This document shows positions 8,202-16,574 of a stretch of 64,000 bases of DNA, one piece after another. The stretch is from Candidatus Omnitrophota bacterium. GTDB lineage: Bacteria > Omnitrophota > Gorgyraeia > Zapsychrales > Fredricksoniimonadaceae. Location of the stretch: NCBI GenBank assembly GCA_903944345.1, contig CAJARJ010000012.1, positions 68,266 to 132,265 on the forward strand. The letters run 5' to 3'. The translations under genes and the position numbers were made by a program. A model generated the notes under the pieces. The model worked only from the letters and a program-made list of their open reading frames with translations, did no database searches and was not told the origin of the DNA. Within the stretch, counting starts at the first letter, position 1. Every line of letters starts with the position of its first letter.

Positions 8202-8222
8202 TGGCTCCCCCGCGAGGGCTCG
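8202..8222 (-). repeat. Duplicated 3' fragment of tRNA-Asn (acceptor/T-stem 18-mer plus an encoded CCA); att-like remnant.
   Basis: CTCCCCCGCGAGGGCTCG at 8205..8222 is identical to 8411..8428, the 3' end of the tRNA-Asn gene. It is preceded by TGG (CCA on the minus strand). Confidence 0.6.
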
Positions 8223-8405
8223 TTGCCTTCCGCTCGCGCTGAAGATCTTGGAAGGGATCCTTTATCAGCGCTCGCTACAGGTCACACCCCCGGCCCGCAC
8301 TCAGACGCTCCTGTTCGTCGCGTCTAGCGGGCCTCCTTTCTCGCCCTCGCTTCCTCCGTTATATCTAATAAAAAAGCCGCCCTGAAAAGGACGGCTTTTT
8401 TATTA
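8223..8405 (+). ncRNA. Candidate small RNA / conserved tRNA-flanking element, copy A.
   Basis: Paralogous to 38530..38735. Conserved hairpin AGACGC-UCCUGUUCGUC-GCGUCU. Ends in an intrinsic terminator. Convergent with the tRNA-Asn gene. Confidence 0.3.
8371..8401. terminator. Bidirectional rho-independent terminator (A-tract, GC hairpin, T-tract).
   Basis: AAAAAAGCCGCCCTGAAAAGGACGGCTTTTTT. It lies between tRNA-Asn (minus strand) and the candidate sRNA (plus strand). Confidence 0.6.
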
Positions 8406-8448
8406 AATAACTCCCCCGCGAGGGCTCGAACCTCGGACACTGTGGTTA

Positions 8449-9002
8449 CGATCTGACTTCAATTACTTGAAGAGTCGGACTTTCTCTTCGCCATACAAAA
8501 CAAAGTATGTTTTGCTTCAGGCGGCGGGTGTAAAGTCTCTGCACTTGCCCGGCCTTTTGACTAAAGGCCTGCTAGCTCAGGATTGACCTGATCTTTATGA
8601 CCAGGCTTTTCCTGACTTAGCCCGCTTGTCACTTCCGCGTTTCCACGGAAGGCTGCTAACTTTGAGAATGAGTTTCCCGGTGACAATTCGCACACAATAT
8701 CATGCACTTATCCAACTCGACTTTAACTCTTTCCCAACTTCGGGTATACCCTTTGCTGGAGATATTAAATTCTTTAACTGTTGGATCAATGTGATGAAAC
8801 TCTAACGCATCGATACAGCGATCATATCCGCAACGCTCACATTTGCCGCCTTTATAGGCAACAGCCATTTCACGCACTTTTTTACGGCGCGCATAAACAG
8901 CTTTAATGAGATATTCACGGCGATCATTGTAAGAACGGTTATCTTTTCTCACGCTGTCTCCTGAAGACTCGACACTCGGTTTGGACCAGCCAAACCTCGT
9001 GA
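8449..9002 (-). mobile_element. Candidate group I self-splicing intron with an HNH homing-endonuclease ORF.
   Basis: Exon 1 ends in U and the intron ends in G. R-like element GCAGAGACUUUA and S-like element AAGAGAAAGUCCGA can form a GACU/AGUC P7 helix. Several hairpins lie in the 3' 250 nt. The ORF has CxxC...HH...CxxCH. Confidence 0.6.
8656..8952 (-). CDS. HNH endonuclease (about 100 aa), encoded inside the intron.
   Basis: CERCGY...EFHHIDP...CANCHRETH. A GTG start has AGGAGA 5 nt upstream. The ORF-track frame is open back into exon 1, up to 9012. Confidence 0.55.
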   Translation of the reverse strand: MRKDNRSYNDRREYLIKAVYARRKKVREMAVAYKGGKCERCGYDRCIDALEFHHIDPTVKEFNISSKGYTRSWERVKVELDKCMILCANCHRETHSQS

Positions 9003-9139
9003 ACAGCCACATGCTCTACCAACTGAGCTACAGGGGAATGAAATTTAAAAGAGCGAATGTTTGCTGCCAAAAAAATATGCGGCAAACGAAAGCGAGATGA
9101 ATTATACAGATATATTTTATCTTGTCAACCACCGAAACG

Positions 9140-9769
9140 CTAAACCTGCACCTGGTCGCGCGCGGGCTCTGTACTCACCGCCCGACGGGACTGCAGCGAC
9201 ATGGTCAGCGTCGACATATCGGCAAACTCCAGCGACCCTCCGGCGGGAATACCCACACCTATGCGCGACACCCTCACCCCGCACGGCTGAAGGAGCTTGA
9301 TAAGGTGCAAAGCCGTAAGCTCGCCTTCCATATCCGCGTCGGTCGCCAGAATAACTTCCTGCACATTCTGCGAGTGGACACGCTGAAGGAGCTTGGCCGT
9401 GTTAAGATCGTCCGGCCCCTGCCCGTCAGAAGGCGAAATAATCCCCAGTAAAACGTAGTACTGCCCCTTGAACGTTCCGGTCTTCTCGATAGCAATCACA
9501 TCCTTGGGGTTCTCGACCACACATATCACCCGCGCGTCCCGGCTGGAATCCATGCACACCGGGCAAATATCGCCTTCCGAAAAATTGTTGCACAGCTTGC
9601 AGAAACGCAGTTTTTCCTTGAGCTCGGCAATGCCGCGCGCCAGGCTCATGGCTTCCTCAGCCGGATTGTTCAGCAGCCACAACACCATGCGCTCGGCACT
9701 GCGGCGCCCCACTCCGGGCAGTTTGACCATGCCTTCAATGAGGTTTTCTATAACACGCGGATAGTTCAT
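9140..9769 (-). CDS. recR: Recombination protein RecR.
   Basis: MNYPRVIENLIEGMVKLPGVGRRSAERM; C4 zinc finger and Toprim domain. 4-bp overlap with dnaX. Confidence 0.85.
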   Translation of the reverse strand: MNYPRVIENLIEGMVKLPGVGRRSAERMVLWLLNNPAEEAMSLARGIAELKEKLRFCKLCNNFSEGDICPVCMDSSRDARVICVVENPKDVIAIEKTGTFKGQYYVLLGIISPSDGQGPDDLNTAKLLQRVHSQNVQEVILATDADMEGELTALHLIKLLQPCGVRVSRIGVGIPAGGSLEFADMSTLTMSLQSRRAVSTEPARDQVQV

Positions 9770-11412
9770 TCGTCATTGATCCATTCGTTGACTATTTCTC
9801 CGTCAAACATCTCCACCGCTTCGTCGGCTACCGGCGTATCCTGCCCCGGCACTTCACTGGCCACCTTGACCGCCAGTTGCACCCGGCCGCCCAGCACTCC
9901 CGAAAAAACATCGGCAATGTAAATAAGGTTTTCGGTGGTGTCCAGATACTCCTTGTTAAAAGCGTCTTCCTGGCTGAAAGCAACCATAATGCGGTTACCG
10001 CTCACCTCAACCGGACGGCCCGGCTGTAAATAGGTGCCCAATGAAATCTTTTTCTGGCTCAAGGCAAAGGTCAGCTCGTTCCATCTTTCCTGCAGATCCG
10101 CCAGAACAAGCGGCTGTCCGCCGGTAAAGGTTTCGTGCGCCGGCTCAGCCAGCGGAGCAATAACCAGAGTGCCTTTGTTATTGTTAAGCATATTGCCTGC
10201 CGGAGGCCTGGGCGCGGCAGAAACAGGAGCCGCAGGCCTTGCCGCCGCAGTTGGCGGGGTCACAGGCCGTTCGGCTGTCCGCACAGGAGCCCTGACAGGA
10301 GCCGGAGCCGTACGCGCCGGAGCTACTGACGCTGCAGACTCGCTCTGGACATCGGCCATAATTTTGGCCGCCGCCAGTTCCAGCGCCAGACGCTGATCTT
10401 CTGTAATACGGGCCACGTCCTGGGAGGCAATAATAATATCCATCGCGCGGATAATCCAGGCCATGGTCTGGCCGGCCGCGACGGCGGTAATTTCTTCTTT
10501 CTGAAGTTTGGGTAAATCCACCAGTCCTTCCAGATCCTTGCCGCCCACCTTGAGCAGCATGACGTGACGGAAATACTGGACAATATCCGAGGAAAAATGC
10601 CGCATGTCCTTGCCGCTTTCGGACACCAGATCCAGCACCTTGAGGCAGCCTGCCATATCCTTGTCCGCCAAAGCGCGCGCAAAAATGGCCAGCTGCTGGG
10701 ATTCAACCAGCCCGAAAAGATCGTTGATCTGCGCCAGGGTAATCTGCGTGCCGCTGGAACTCAGCTGATCCAGAATACTTAAAGCATCCCGCATTCCGCC
10801 TGAAGCAATACGGGCAATGACCGACAAAGCCTCGTCTTCGGCTGTAATGCTTTCTTTGCGGCAGATATCCTTGAGGCAACCGACAATCTTTTCGACCGGA
10901 ATACGCTTGAAATCAAAACGCTGACAGCGCGAAAGAACCGTTGGCGGCAGTTTGGATGGTTCGGTAGTGGCAAAAATGAAAATGACGTGTTCGGGCGGCT
11001 CTTCCAGCGTTTTAAGCAGGGCGTTGAACGCCGCGCCTGAAAGCATGTGCACTTCGTCAATAATATAGACCTTGTACCCGCCCGACATGGGCACCAGGCG
11101 CACATTTTCGCGCAGGACACGCACATCGTCGACACCGTTATTGGAAGCACCGTCAATTTCGATAATATCCAGCGAGGACTGCAAGCCAAGGTCAAGCGAT
11201 GAGGCATCCTTGCCGGCACGGGCATTAAGCTCGCGGGCCAGAATACGGGCACAGGTGGTTTTTCCGGTTCCCCGCGATCCGCAGAAAAGATAGGCATGGC
11301 GCGGGGTTCCCTCGCTCACGGCCTTTTCCAGGATTCGGGTGATATGCTCCTGTCCGATTACATCGGCAAAAGTCTGGGGACGGTACTTACGGGCAAAAAC
11401 AAGGTATGACAT
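9766..11412 (-). CDS. dnaX: DNA polymerase III subunit tau/gamma.
   Basis: Walker A GSRGTGKTT. Pro/Ala-rich linker. C-terminal tau domain. Confidence 0.85.
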   Translation of the reverse strand: MSYLVFARKYRPQTFADVIGQEHITRILEKAVSEGTPRHAYLFCGSRGTGKTTCARILARELNARAGKDASSLDLGLQSSLDIIEIDGASNNGVDDVRVLRENVRLVPMSGGYKVYIIDEVHMLSGAAFNALLKTLEEPPEHVIFIFATTEPSKLPPTVLSRCQRFDFKRIPVEKIVGCLKDICRKESITAEDEALSVIARIASGGMRDALSILDQLSSSGTQITLAQINDLFGLVESQQLAIFARALADKDMAGCLKVLDLVSESGKDMRHFSSDIVQYFRHVMLLKVGGKDLEGLVDLPKLQKEEITAVAAGQTMAWIIRAMDIIIASQDVARITEDQRLALELAAAKIMADVQSESAASVAPARTAPAPVRAPVRTAERPVTPPTAAARPAAPVSAAPRPPAGNMLNNNKGTLVIAPLAEPAHETFTGGQPLVLADLQERWNELTFALSQKKISLGTYLQPGRPVEVSGNRIMVAFSQEDAFNKEYLDTTENLIYIADVFSGVLGGRVQLAVKVASEVPGQDTPVADEAVEMFDGEIVNEWINDE

Positions 11413-11467
11413 ACGAACATTCTCTGCTTTCCGGGGGTATTTTCAAGATTTTTTTCGATATTAGCTA

Positions 11468-13609
11468 TCAGAACTTCATGGTCAAGGAAATACGTTTGCG
11501 CGGCAAATCAACCTCCTTGACCTTGACCGTCACCTTCTGATGCAGTTTGAGCACATCCGAAGGATGTTTGACAAAACGGTCGGCGATCTGGCTGACATGC
11601 ACCAGCCCGTCTTGATGAACCCCGATATCCACAAAAGCGCCAAAATCCGCCATGTTGGTAACAACACCGGGAAGCACCATGTCGGGACGAAGATCTTCTA
11701 CCGTATGCACGTCGTCCTTGAAGTCCACAAACTCGAATTTGGCACGCGGGTCGCGCCCGGGTTTGGCCAGCTCGCTCATAATGTCGCGCAAAGTGGGCAA
11801 CCCCACCTTGTCGTTGACATAGGCGTTAAGATTGATGCGCGAACGCAGTTTGTCGTTACGCATCAGCTCGCGCAAATCAGAGCCGGATTCCTGCACCATG
11901 CGGTTAACCAGATCATAGCTTTCCGGATGGACTGCGCTTGAGTCCAGCGGATTTTCGGCGCCCATAATGCGCAGGAAGCCCGCCGACTGCTCGAATGCCT
12001 TGGCGGTAAACCGTGAAATCGAAAGAAATTGCTGGCGATTGGCAAACGGGCCGTTGGCCTGGCGGTAATTGACCACCGCTTCGGCCAGGGCCGGGCCAAG
12101 CCCCGAAACATACATGAGCAGTTCACGGCTGGCGGTGTTGATATCCACCCCGACATTGTTGACCGAGCTGATAATGACATCGTCCAGCGACTGTTTTAAA
12201 AGGTTCTGATCCACATCGTGCTGGTACTGCCCGACTCCGATATTGCCCGGATCAAGCTTGACCAGTTCGGCCAGCGGGTCCTGCAGGCGGCGGCCAATAG
12301 AAATAGCCCCGCGCACCGTCAGATCGAGATCCGGAAACTCGCGCCGGGCCACTTCGGACGCCGAATAATACGAAGCGCCGCTTTCATTGACCATAACAAT
12401 GCGCAAATCCGCGATACCCAGTCCGCGAATAAAAGCCAGCGTTTCCCGGGAGGCTGTGCCGTTACCGATAGCCACAACCTCAACGGCGTACTGCCGGCAG
12501 AAACGGCGCACCATAGCGGCCGCCTCGGTCTCGCGGGCCGCTCCCTGCCCGATATAAATAGCCTGGTACTCGAGAAATTTCCCCTGTCCGTCAAGCACAG
12601 ACAGTTTGCAGCCGGTGCGCTGGCCCGGATCAACCGCCAGAACCACTTTTGGCCCAAGCACCGGCGCCATCAGAAGCTGGCGCAGGTTGGTCTGGAAGGT
12701 TTTGATGGCATCGGTATCCGCTTTTTCCTTGGTAAGCAGACGCACCTCGTTTTCAATCGAGGGGGCCATGAGCCTTTTATAACAGTCTTCCACCGCCAGG
12801 GTCACTTCACGACCACAGGGAGTTTGCGCGGCCTTGACCACTTGCCTGGCAATAAGGCCGACGGCTTCCTGGTCGTCCACTACAATCCTGAGCATGAGCA
12901 CCTGTTCCTTCTCGCCGCGGCGGGCCGCCAGCACCCGGTGCGAGGGAGCTTTGGACACCTGTTCTTTCCATTCAAAATAATCCCGGAACTTGACCCCTGT
13001 CTCTTCCTTGCCTTTGATGACGCGCGCCTGGAAAGACCCGGTGGCCATAAAAAAATCGCGGACAGCCGAACGGATAACAGCCGTCTCGTTAATCTGCTCG
13101 GCAATAATATCCCGCGCCCCGGCCAGCACAAGATCGACGGTGGCCAGCTCTTTGGCCGGATCCACATACGCCTGGGCGGCGGCACGCGGGTCAAAAGCGG
13201 GATTCTGGGCAAAAATTTCGGCAGCCAGCGGTTCCAGCCCCTTCTCACGGGCAACCGAACCGCGCGTGCGGCGTTTGGGCCGGTAAGGCAGATAAAGATC
13301 TTCCAGGACAGCCAGGGTTTCGGCCTTGTCAATCCGCGCCTTCAAAGCCGGATCAAGCTTGCCCTGTTTTTCGATGGTTTCCAGCACCACCGCGCGGCGT
13401 TTGTCGAGTTCCACCAGCTGTTGACGCCGGTCACGAATGGAGGTAACCACCACTTCGTCCAGCGCCCCCGTGGCTTCCTTGCGGTAACGGGCGATAAAAG
13501 GAATGGTTGCTCCGCCGTCGAGCAAGGACAAAACCGCGCTGACCTGCGCAGGACTGGCCGTAACTTCGCCGGCTATCCGGTGAATATAATCTGCAGTCAT
13601 GGGAGGCAT
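11468..13609 (-). CDS. tex: Transcription accessory protein Tex (S1 domain protein).
   Basis: 713 aa. YqgF/HhH region and a C-terminal S1 domain. Confidence 0.8.
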   Translation of the reverse strand: MPPMTADYIHRIAGEVTASPAQVSAVLSLLDGGATIPFIARYRKEATGALDEVVVTSIRDRRQQLVELDKRRAVVLETIEKQGKLDPALKARIDKAETLAVLEDLYLPYRPKRRTRGSVAREKGLEPLAAEIFAQNPAFDPRAAAQAYVDPAKELATVDLVLAGARDIIAEQINETAVIRSAVRDFFMATGSFQARVIKGKEETGVKFRDYFEWKEQVSKAPSHRVLAARRGEKEQVLMLRIVVDDQEAVGLIARQVVKAAQTPCGREVTLAVEDCYKRLMAPSIENEVRLLTKEKADTDAIKTFQTNLRQLLMAPVLGPKVVLAVDPGQRTGCKLSVLDGQGKFLEYQAIYIGQGAARETEAAAMVRRFCRQYAVEVVAIGNGTASRETLAFIRGLGIADLRIVMVNESGASYYSASEVARREFPDLDLTVRGAISIGRRLQDPLAELVKLDPGNIGVGQYQHDVDQNLLKQSLDDVIISSVNNVGVDINTASRELLMYVSGLGPALAEAVVNYRQANGPFANRQQFLSISRFTAKAFEQSAGFLRIMGAENPLDSSAVHPESYDLVNRMVQESGSDLRELMRNDKLRSRINLNAYVNDKVGLPTLRDIMSELAKPGRDPRAKFEFVDFKDDVHTVEDLRPDMVLPGVVTNMADFGAFVDIGVHQDGLVHVSQIADRFVKHPSDVLKLHQKVTVKVKEVDLPRKRISLTMKF

Positions 13610-13615
13610 TGGCAG

Positions 13616-13891
13616 TTACTTCTTTTCGCCAAGAATGGTCGTGTTGACAAGTTCGTTAAAATGACGCTCGTTGGCCTCGTTAACCGAATTGACCATCTCG
13701 TCATAACGAACCGCCTGGTCTTTAAGATCATCCTCGGCACCGGGAATGGCTACATTGGCATACTCGTTGTTATGCTCACCGACAACCCTTTCCATAGGAG
13801 CCAGAATCCGGTCATACTGCTGTTCGTAAATCTGGGCCAGCGCCGGGACCGAAAGGACCAAAAGCACGAGAATCAAAAGCATATTTTTCAT
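13616..13891 (-). CDS. Small secreted hypothetical protein (91 aa).
   Basis: N-terminal signal-peptide-like segment. Confidence 0.4.
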   Translation of the reverse strand: MKNMLLILVLLVLSVPALAQIYEQQYDRILAPMERVVGEHNNEYANVAIPGAEDDLKDQAVRYDEMVNSVNEANERHFNELVNTTILGEKK

Positions 13892-13928
13892 AAAAGCCGC
13901 CTTTTATTGATAAAGCATTCCTGAGTGT

Positions 13929-16568
13929 TTACACCAGACTGGAAAGTGTGGTTTCCAGCTGGATATTCCGCTCGCGCAATTCCTGCATGCGCTGGCGCTC
14001 TTTGGCAATAACCTCGGCCGGAGCCTTGGCGGTAAAACCCGGATTGGCCAGCCGCCCTTCGATGGACGCGGCGGTTTTTTCCTGCTGAACGATCTGTTCG
14101 CGTACGCGCTTCTTTTCTTTTTCGATATCGATCAGCTCTCCCAGCGGGATAAAGTATTTGATGTCACCGGCCACCCCCACCGCGCAGTTGCGGAAATTGC
14201 CCGCCTGCGGCTGATAGGAAACCTCCGAAAAACGCACCAGTTTGCCGATAACTTCGATATTTTCCCTTAAGAAATCCAGGCGTTCCGGTGAAGCACAGAC
14301 AAACGAGCAAGCCACCAGATCGGCCGGACGGATGTTCCACTGGGAACGGATATTGCGAATGCCGCCGGTAATATCGATCAGCGCGCCAACCGCCGCTTCG
14401 GCTGCCGTATCCTGCAGGAAAGAATCTTCCGCAGGCCATGACTCAAGAGTAAGCACCTTTTCTTCGCCGGTAAAATGCGCGTAAAGTTCTTCGGTGACAA
14501 ACGGAATAAAGGGATGCAGAAGCTTGAGCGTGTTTATAAGAACAAAGAACGCCGTTTTCTGCGTATTGATATCGGAAAAACGTGCCTTGATCATTTCCAG
14601 ATACCAGTCGCAGTAATTCGACCAGAAGAATTCATAAAGAATATTGACCGCTTCGGAATAACGGTACTGCTCGATAGCGCGGGCCGTGTCCTGCACAGCG
14701 CGGGAATACAGCGACAGGATCCAGCGTGAGGGCATGTCGAGCGCGGCGCGGTCGATCTCCTGTGCCGAAGAGGCGCGTCCTTCGGGCGTGACGTTCATAA
14801 GAACAAAGCGTCCGGCATTCCAGAGCTTGTTGCTGAAATTGCGCCCGATCTCGAACTTCTCTTTTGAAATATAAATATCCTGCCCGGAATTAAGGATCAT
14901 GCTAAAACGCAGTGCGTCTGCCCCGAATTCGGCAATGATCTCCAGCGGATCAATGGCATTGCCCAGCGATTTGGACATCTTGCGCCCCTGGGTATCGCGC
15001 ACCGTTCCGTGCAAAACCACATTGCTGAAAGGTGCCTGTCCTCTGAACTCCAGGCCGGCCATGGTCATACGGGCCACCCAGAAAAAGATGATCTCGGGCG
15101 CGGTAAACAGAGTATGCGTCGGATAAAAGTAAGACAAATCCTTGTTCTCGTGCGGCCAGCCCAGCGTGGCAAAAGGCCACAACCAGGAAGAAAACCAGGT
15201 GTCGAGCACGTCAGGGTCCTGCGTCAGCTTTTTAATGGTCCCAAACTGGCGCTGGCACTGCTCCTGGGCCTCCTGCTCGTTGCGGGCTACAAAAGCGTTG
15301 CCCTCCTCGTCGTACCAGACTGGAATGCGGTGCCCCCACCAGATCTGCCGGGAAATACACCAGTCGCGAATATCGACCAGCCAGTTTTCGTAAACCTTTT
15401 CCCAGCGTTTGGGCTGAATAACCGGCTCTCCTCTGCGAAACGCTTCCAGGGCCTTGTCGGCCAGAGGCTTCATTTTGACAAACCACTGACGGGACAAATA
15501 AGGCTCGACAATGGTATCGCAACGGTAACAGCGGCGCACCGCATGCGCGTGCTGTTCAATCTTGACCAGCAATCCGGCTTCGTCCATGGCCTTGACCACG
15601 CGCTTGCGCGCTTCAAAACGGTCCAGCCCGTCGAAAGCTCCGGCATTGGCGTTCATGACCCCGTTGGGGTGCATGATGTTGATAAATTCCAGGTTGTGCC
15701 GCCGGCCCATCGCAAAATCGTTGGGGTCGTGCGCCGGAGTGACCTTGACCGCGCCCGAACCAAAAGACCGATCCACATGGTCGTCGGCAATAACCTTGAT
15801 CTCCCGGTTGACAAGAGGCAGAACAAGGGTTTTGCCGATCAGATCCGTATAACGTTCGTCGGCAGGATTAACCGCAACCGCCGTGTCGCCCAGCATGGTT
15901 TCCGGACGGGTGGTGGCCACCACAATAAACTGCGAAGGGTCATGCTTGAACGGATATTTAAGATGCCATAACTGGCCGCCCGCATCCTTGTGCTCGGCTT
16001 CCTCGTCGGACAGCGCCGTCTGGCAGCGCGGGCACCAGTTGATGATATAGCGTCCCTGGTAAATCAGCCCGCGTTTGTGCAGTTCAATAAAGACTTCACG
16101 GACAGCCTCCGAATACGGCTCGTCCATTGTAAAACGAGTGCGATCCCAGTCACAGGAGCTGCCCAGCTTGTGCAGCTGATTGATAATGGTGTCGCCGTTA
16201 TGACGTTTCCATTCCCAAAGGCGTTCCAGAAATTTTTCGCGCCCCAGCGATTCGCGCGTCTGGCCTTCCTTGGCGATCTGTTTTTCGACCACGTTCTGGG
16301 TGGCAATGCCCGCATGATCTGTGCCGGGCATCCACAAAGTGTCAAACCCCTGCATGCGTTTGTATCGGGTCAGGATATCCTGCAAGGTGTTGTTAAGGGC
16401 ATGCCCCATATGCAGCACTCCGGTGACATTCGGCGGAGGGATGACAATGGTAAAAGCCCCCTTCGGCGAACGACCGGCCACGGCATGAAAAGGTTTCTTT
16501 TCATCCCAGAGTTTGAGTCGCTTTTCTTCAACACTTTTAGGATCGTAACGGCTAGGAATTTCGGACAT
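13929..16568 (-). CDS. valS: Valyl-tRNA synthetase.
   Basis: HMGH and KMSKS motifs. 879 aa. C-terminal coiled coil. Confidence 0.9.
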   Translation of the reverse strand: MSEIPSRYDPKSVEEKRLKLWDEKKPFHAVAGRSPKGAFTIVIPPPNVTGVLHMGHALNNTLQDILTRYKRMQGFDTLWMPGTDHAGIATQNVVEKQIAKEGQTRESLGREKFLERLWEWKRHNGDTIINQLHKLGSSCDWDRTRFTMDEPYSEAVREVFIELHKRGLIYQGRYIINWCPRCQTALSDEEAEHKDAGGQLWHLKYPFKHDPSQFIVVATTRPETMLGDTAVAVNPADERYTDLIGKTLVLPLVNREIKVIADDHVDRSFGSGAVKVTPAHDPNDFAMGRRHNLEFINIMHPNGVMNANAGAFDGLDRFEARKRVVKAMDEAGLLVKIEQHAHAVRRCYRCDTIVEPYLSRQWFVKMKPLADKALEAFRRGEPVIQPKRWEKVYENWLVDIRDWCISRQIWWGHRIPVWYDEEGNAFVARNEQEAQEQCQRQFGTIKKLTQDPDVLDTWFSSWLWPFATLGWPHENKDLSYFYPTHTLFTAPEIIFFWVARMTMAGLEFRGQAPFSNVVLHGTVRDTQGRKMSKSLGNAIDPLEIIAEFGADALRFSMILNSGQDIYISKEKFEIGRNFSNKLWNAGRFVLMNVTPEGRASSAQEIDRAALDMPSRWILSLYSRAVQDTARAIEQYRYSEAVNILYEFFWSNYCDWYLEMIKARFSDINTQKTAFFVLINTLKLLHPFIPFVTEELYAHFTGEEKVLTLESWPAEDSFLQDTAAEAAVGALIDITGGIRNIRSQWNIRPADLVACSFVCASPERLDFLRENIEVIGKLVRFSEVSYQPQAGNFRNCAVGVAGDIKYFIPLGELIDIEKEKKRVREQIVQQEKTAASIEGRLANPGFTAKAPAEVIAKERQRMQELRERNIQLETTLSSLV

Positions 16569-16574
16569 AGGGAT

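Larger units (their letters stand above)
8411..9037 (-). tRNA. tRNA-Asn(GUU) interrupted in the anticodon loop by a 554-nt intron. Exon 1 is 9003..9037 (35 nt); exon 2 is 8411..8448 (38 nt).
   Basis: The joined exons give TCCCCTGTAGCTCAGTTGGTAGAGCATGTGGCTGTTAACCACAGTGTCCGAGGTTCGAGCCCTCGCGGGGGAG. This is a full cloverleaf with anticodon loop CUGUUAA and is close to E. coli tRNA-Asn. Confidence 0.7.

Noticed and set aside
8182-8385. Plus-strand ORF of 67 aa, and its counterpart at 38481..38702, as small proteins.
   Set aside because: Similarity between the loci is at the nucleotide level, with compensatory stem changes and terminator structure. The peptides are low complexity. They are more likely RNA or att-arm sequence.
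8199-9037. Considered tmRNA (ssrA), because a tRNA-like 3' end with CCA and a T-arm lies next to a long structured region.
   Set aside because: The 5' end has a full D-arm and an anticodon stem. The two pieces join into a canonical tRNA-Asn, which tmRNA would not do. An intron-containing tRNA explains it better.
10011-10070. dnaX programmed -1 frameshift heptamer (A AAA AAG).
   Set aside because: Only GAAAAAG (an A5 run) is present in the gene. There is no canonical slippery site with a downstream stem, so I cannot support a gamma-subunit frameshift.
12218-13924. 568-aa plus-strand ORF (and similar long ORFs at 15009..15971, 19494..20699, 21237..22019, 26797..27507, 48441..49553 and 62162..63199).
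   Set aside because: All lie antisense to well-supported conserved genes (tex, valS, apgM-like, thrC, membrane protein, ruvB/scpA, purA). Their translations are low complexity and Arg/Gly/Pro-rich, typical of GC-rich antisense frames.
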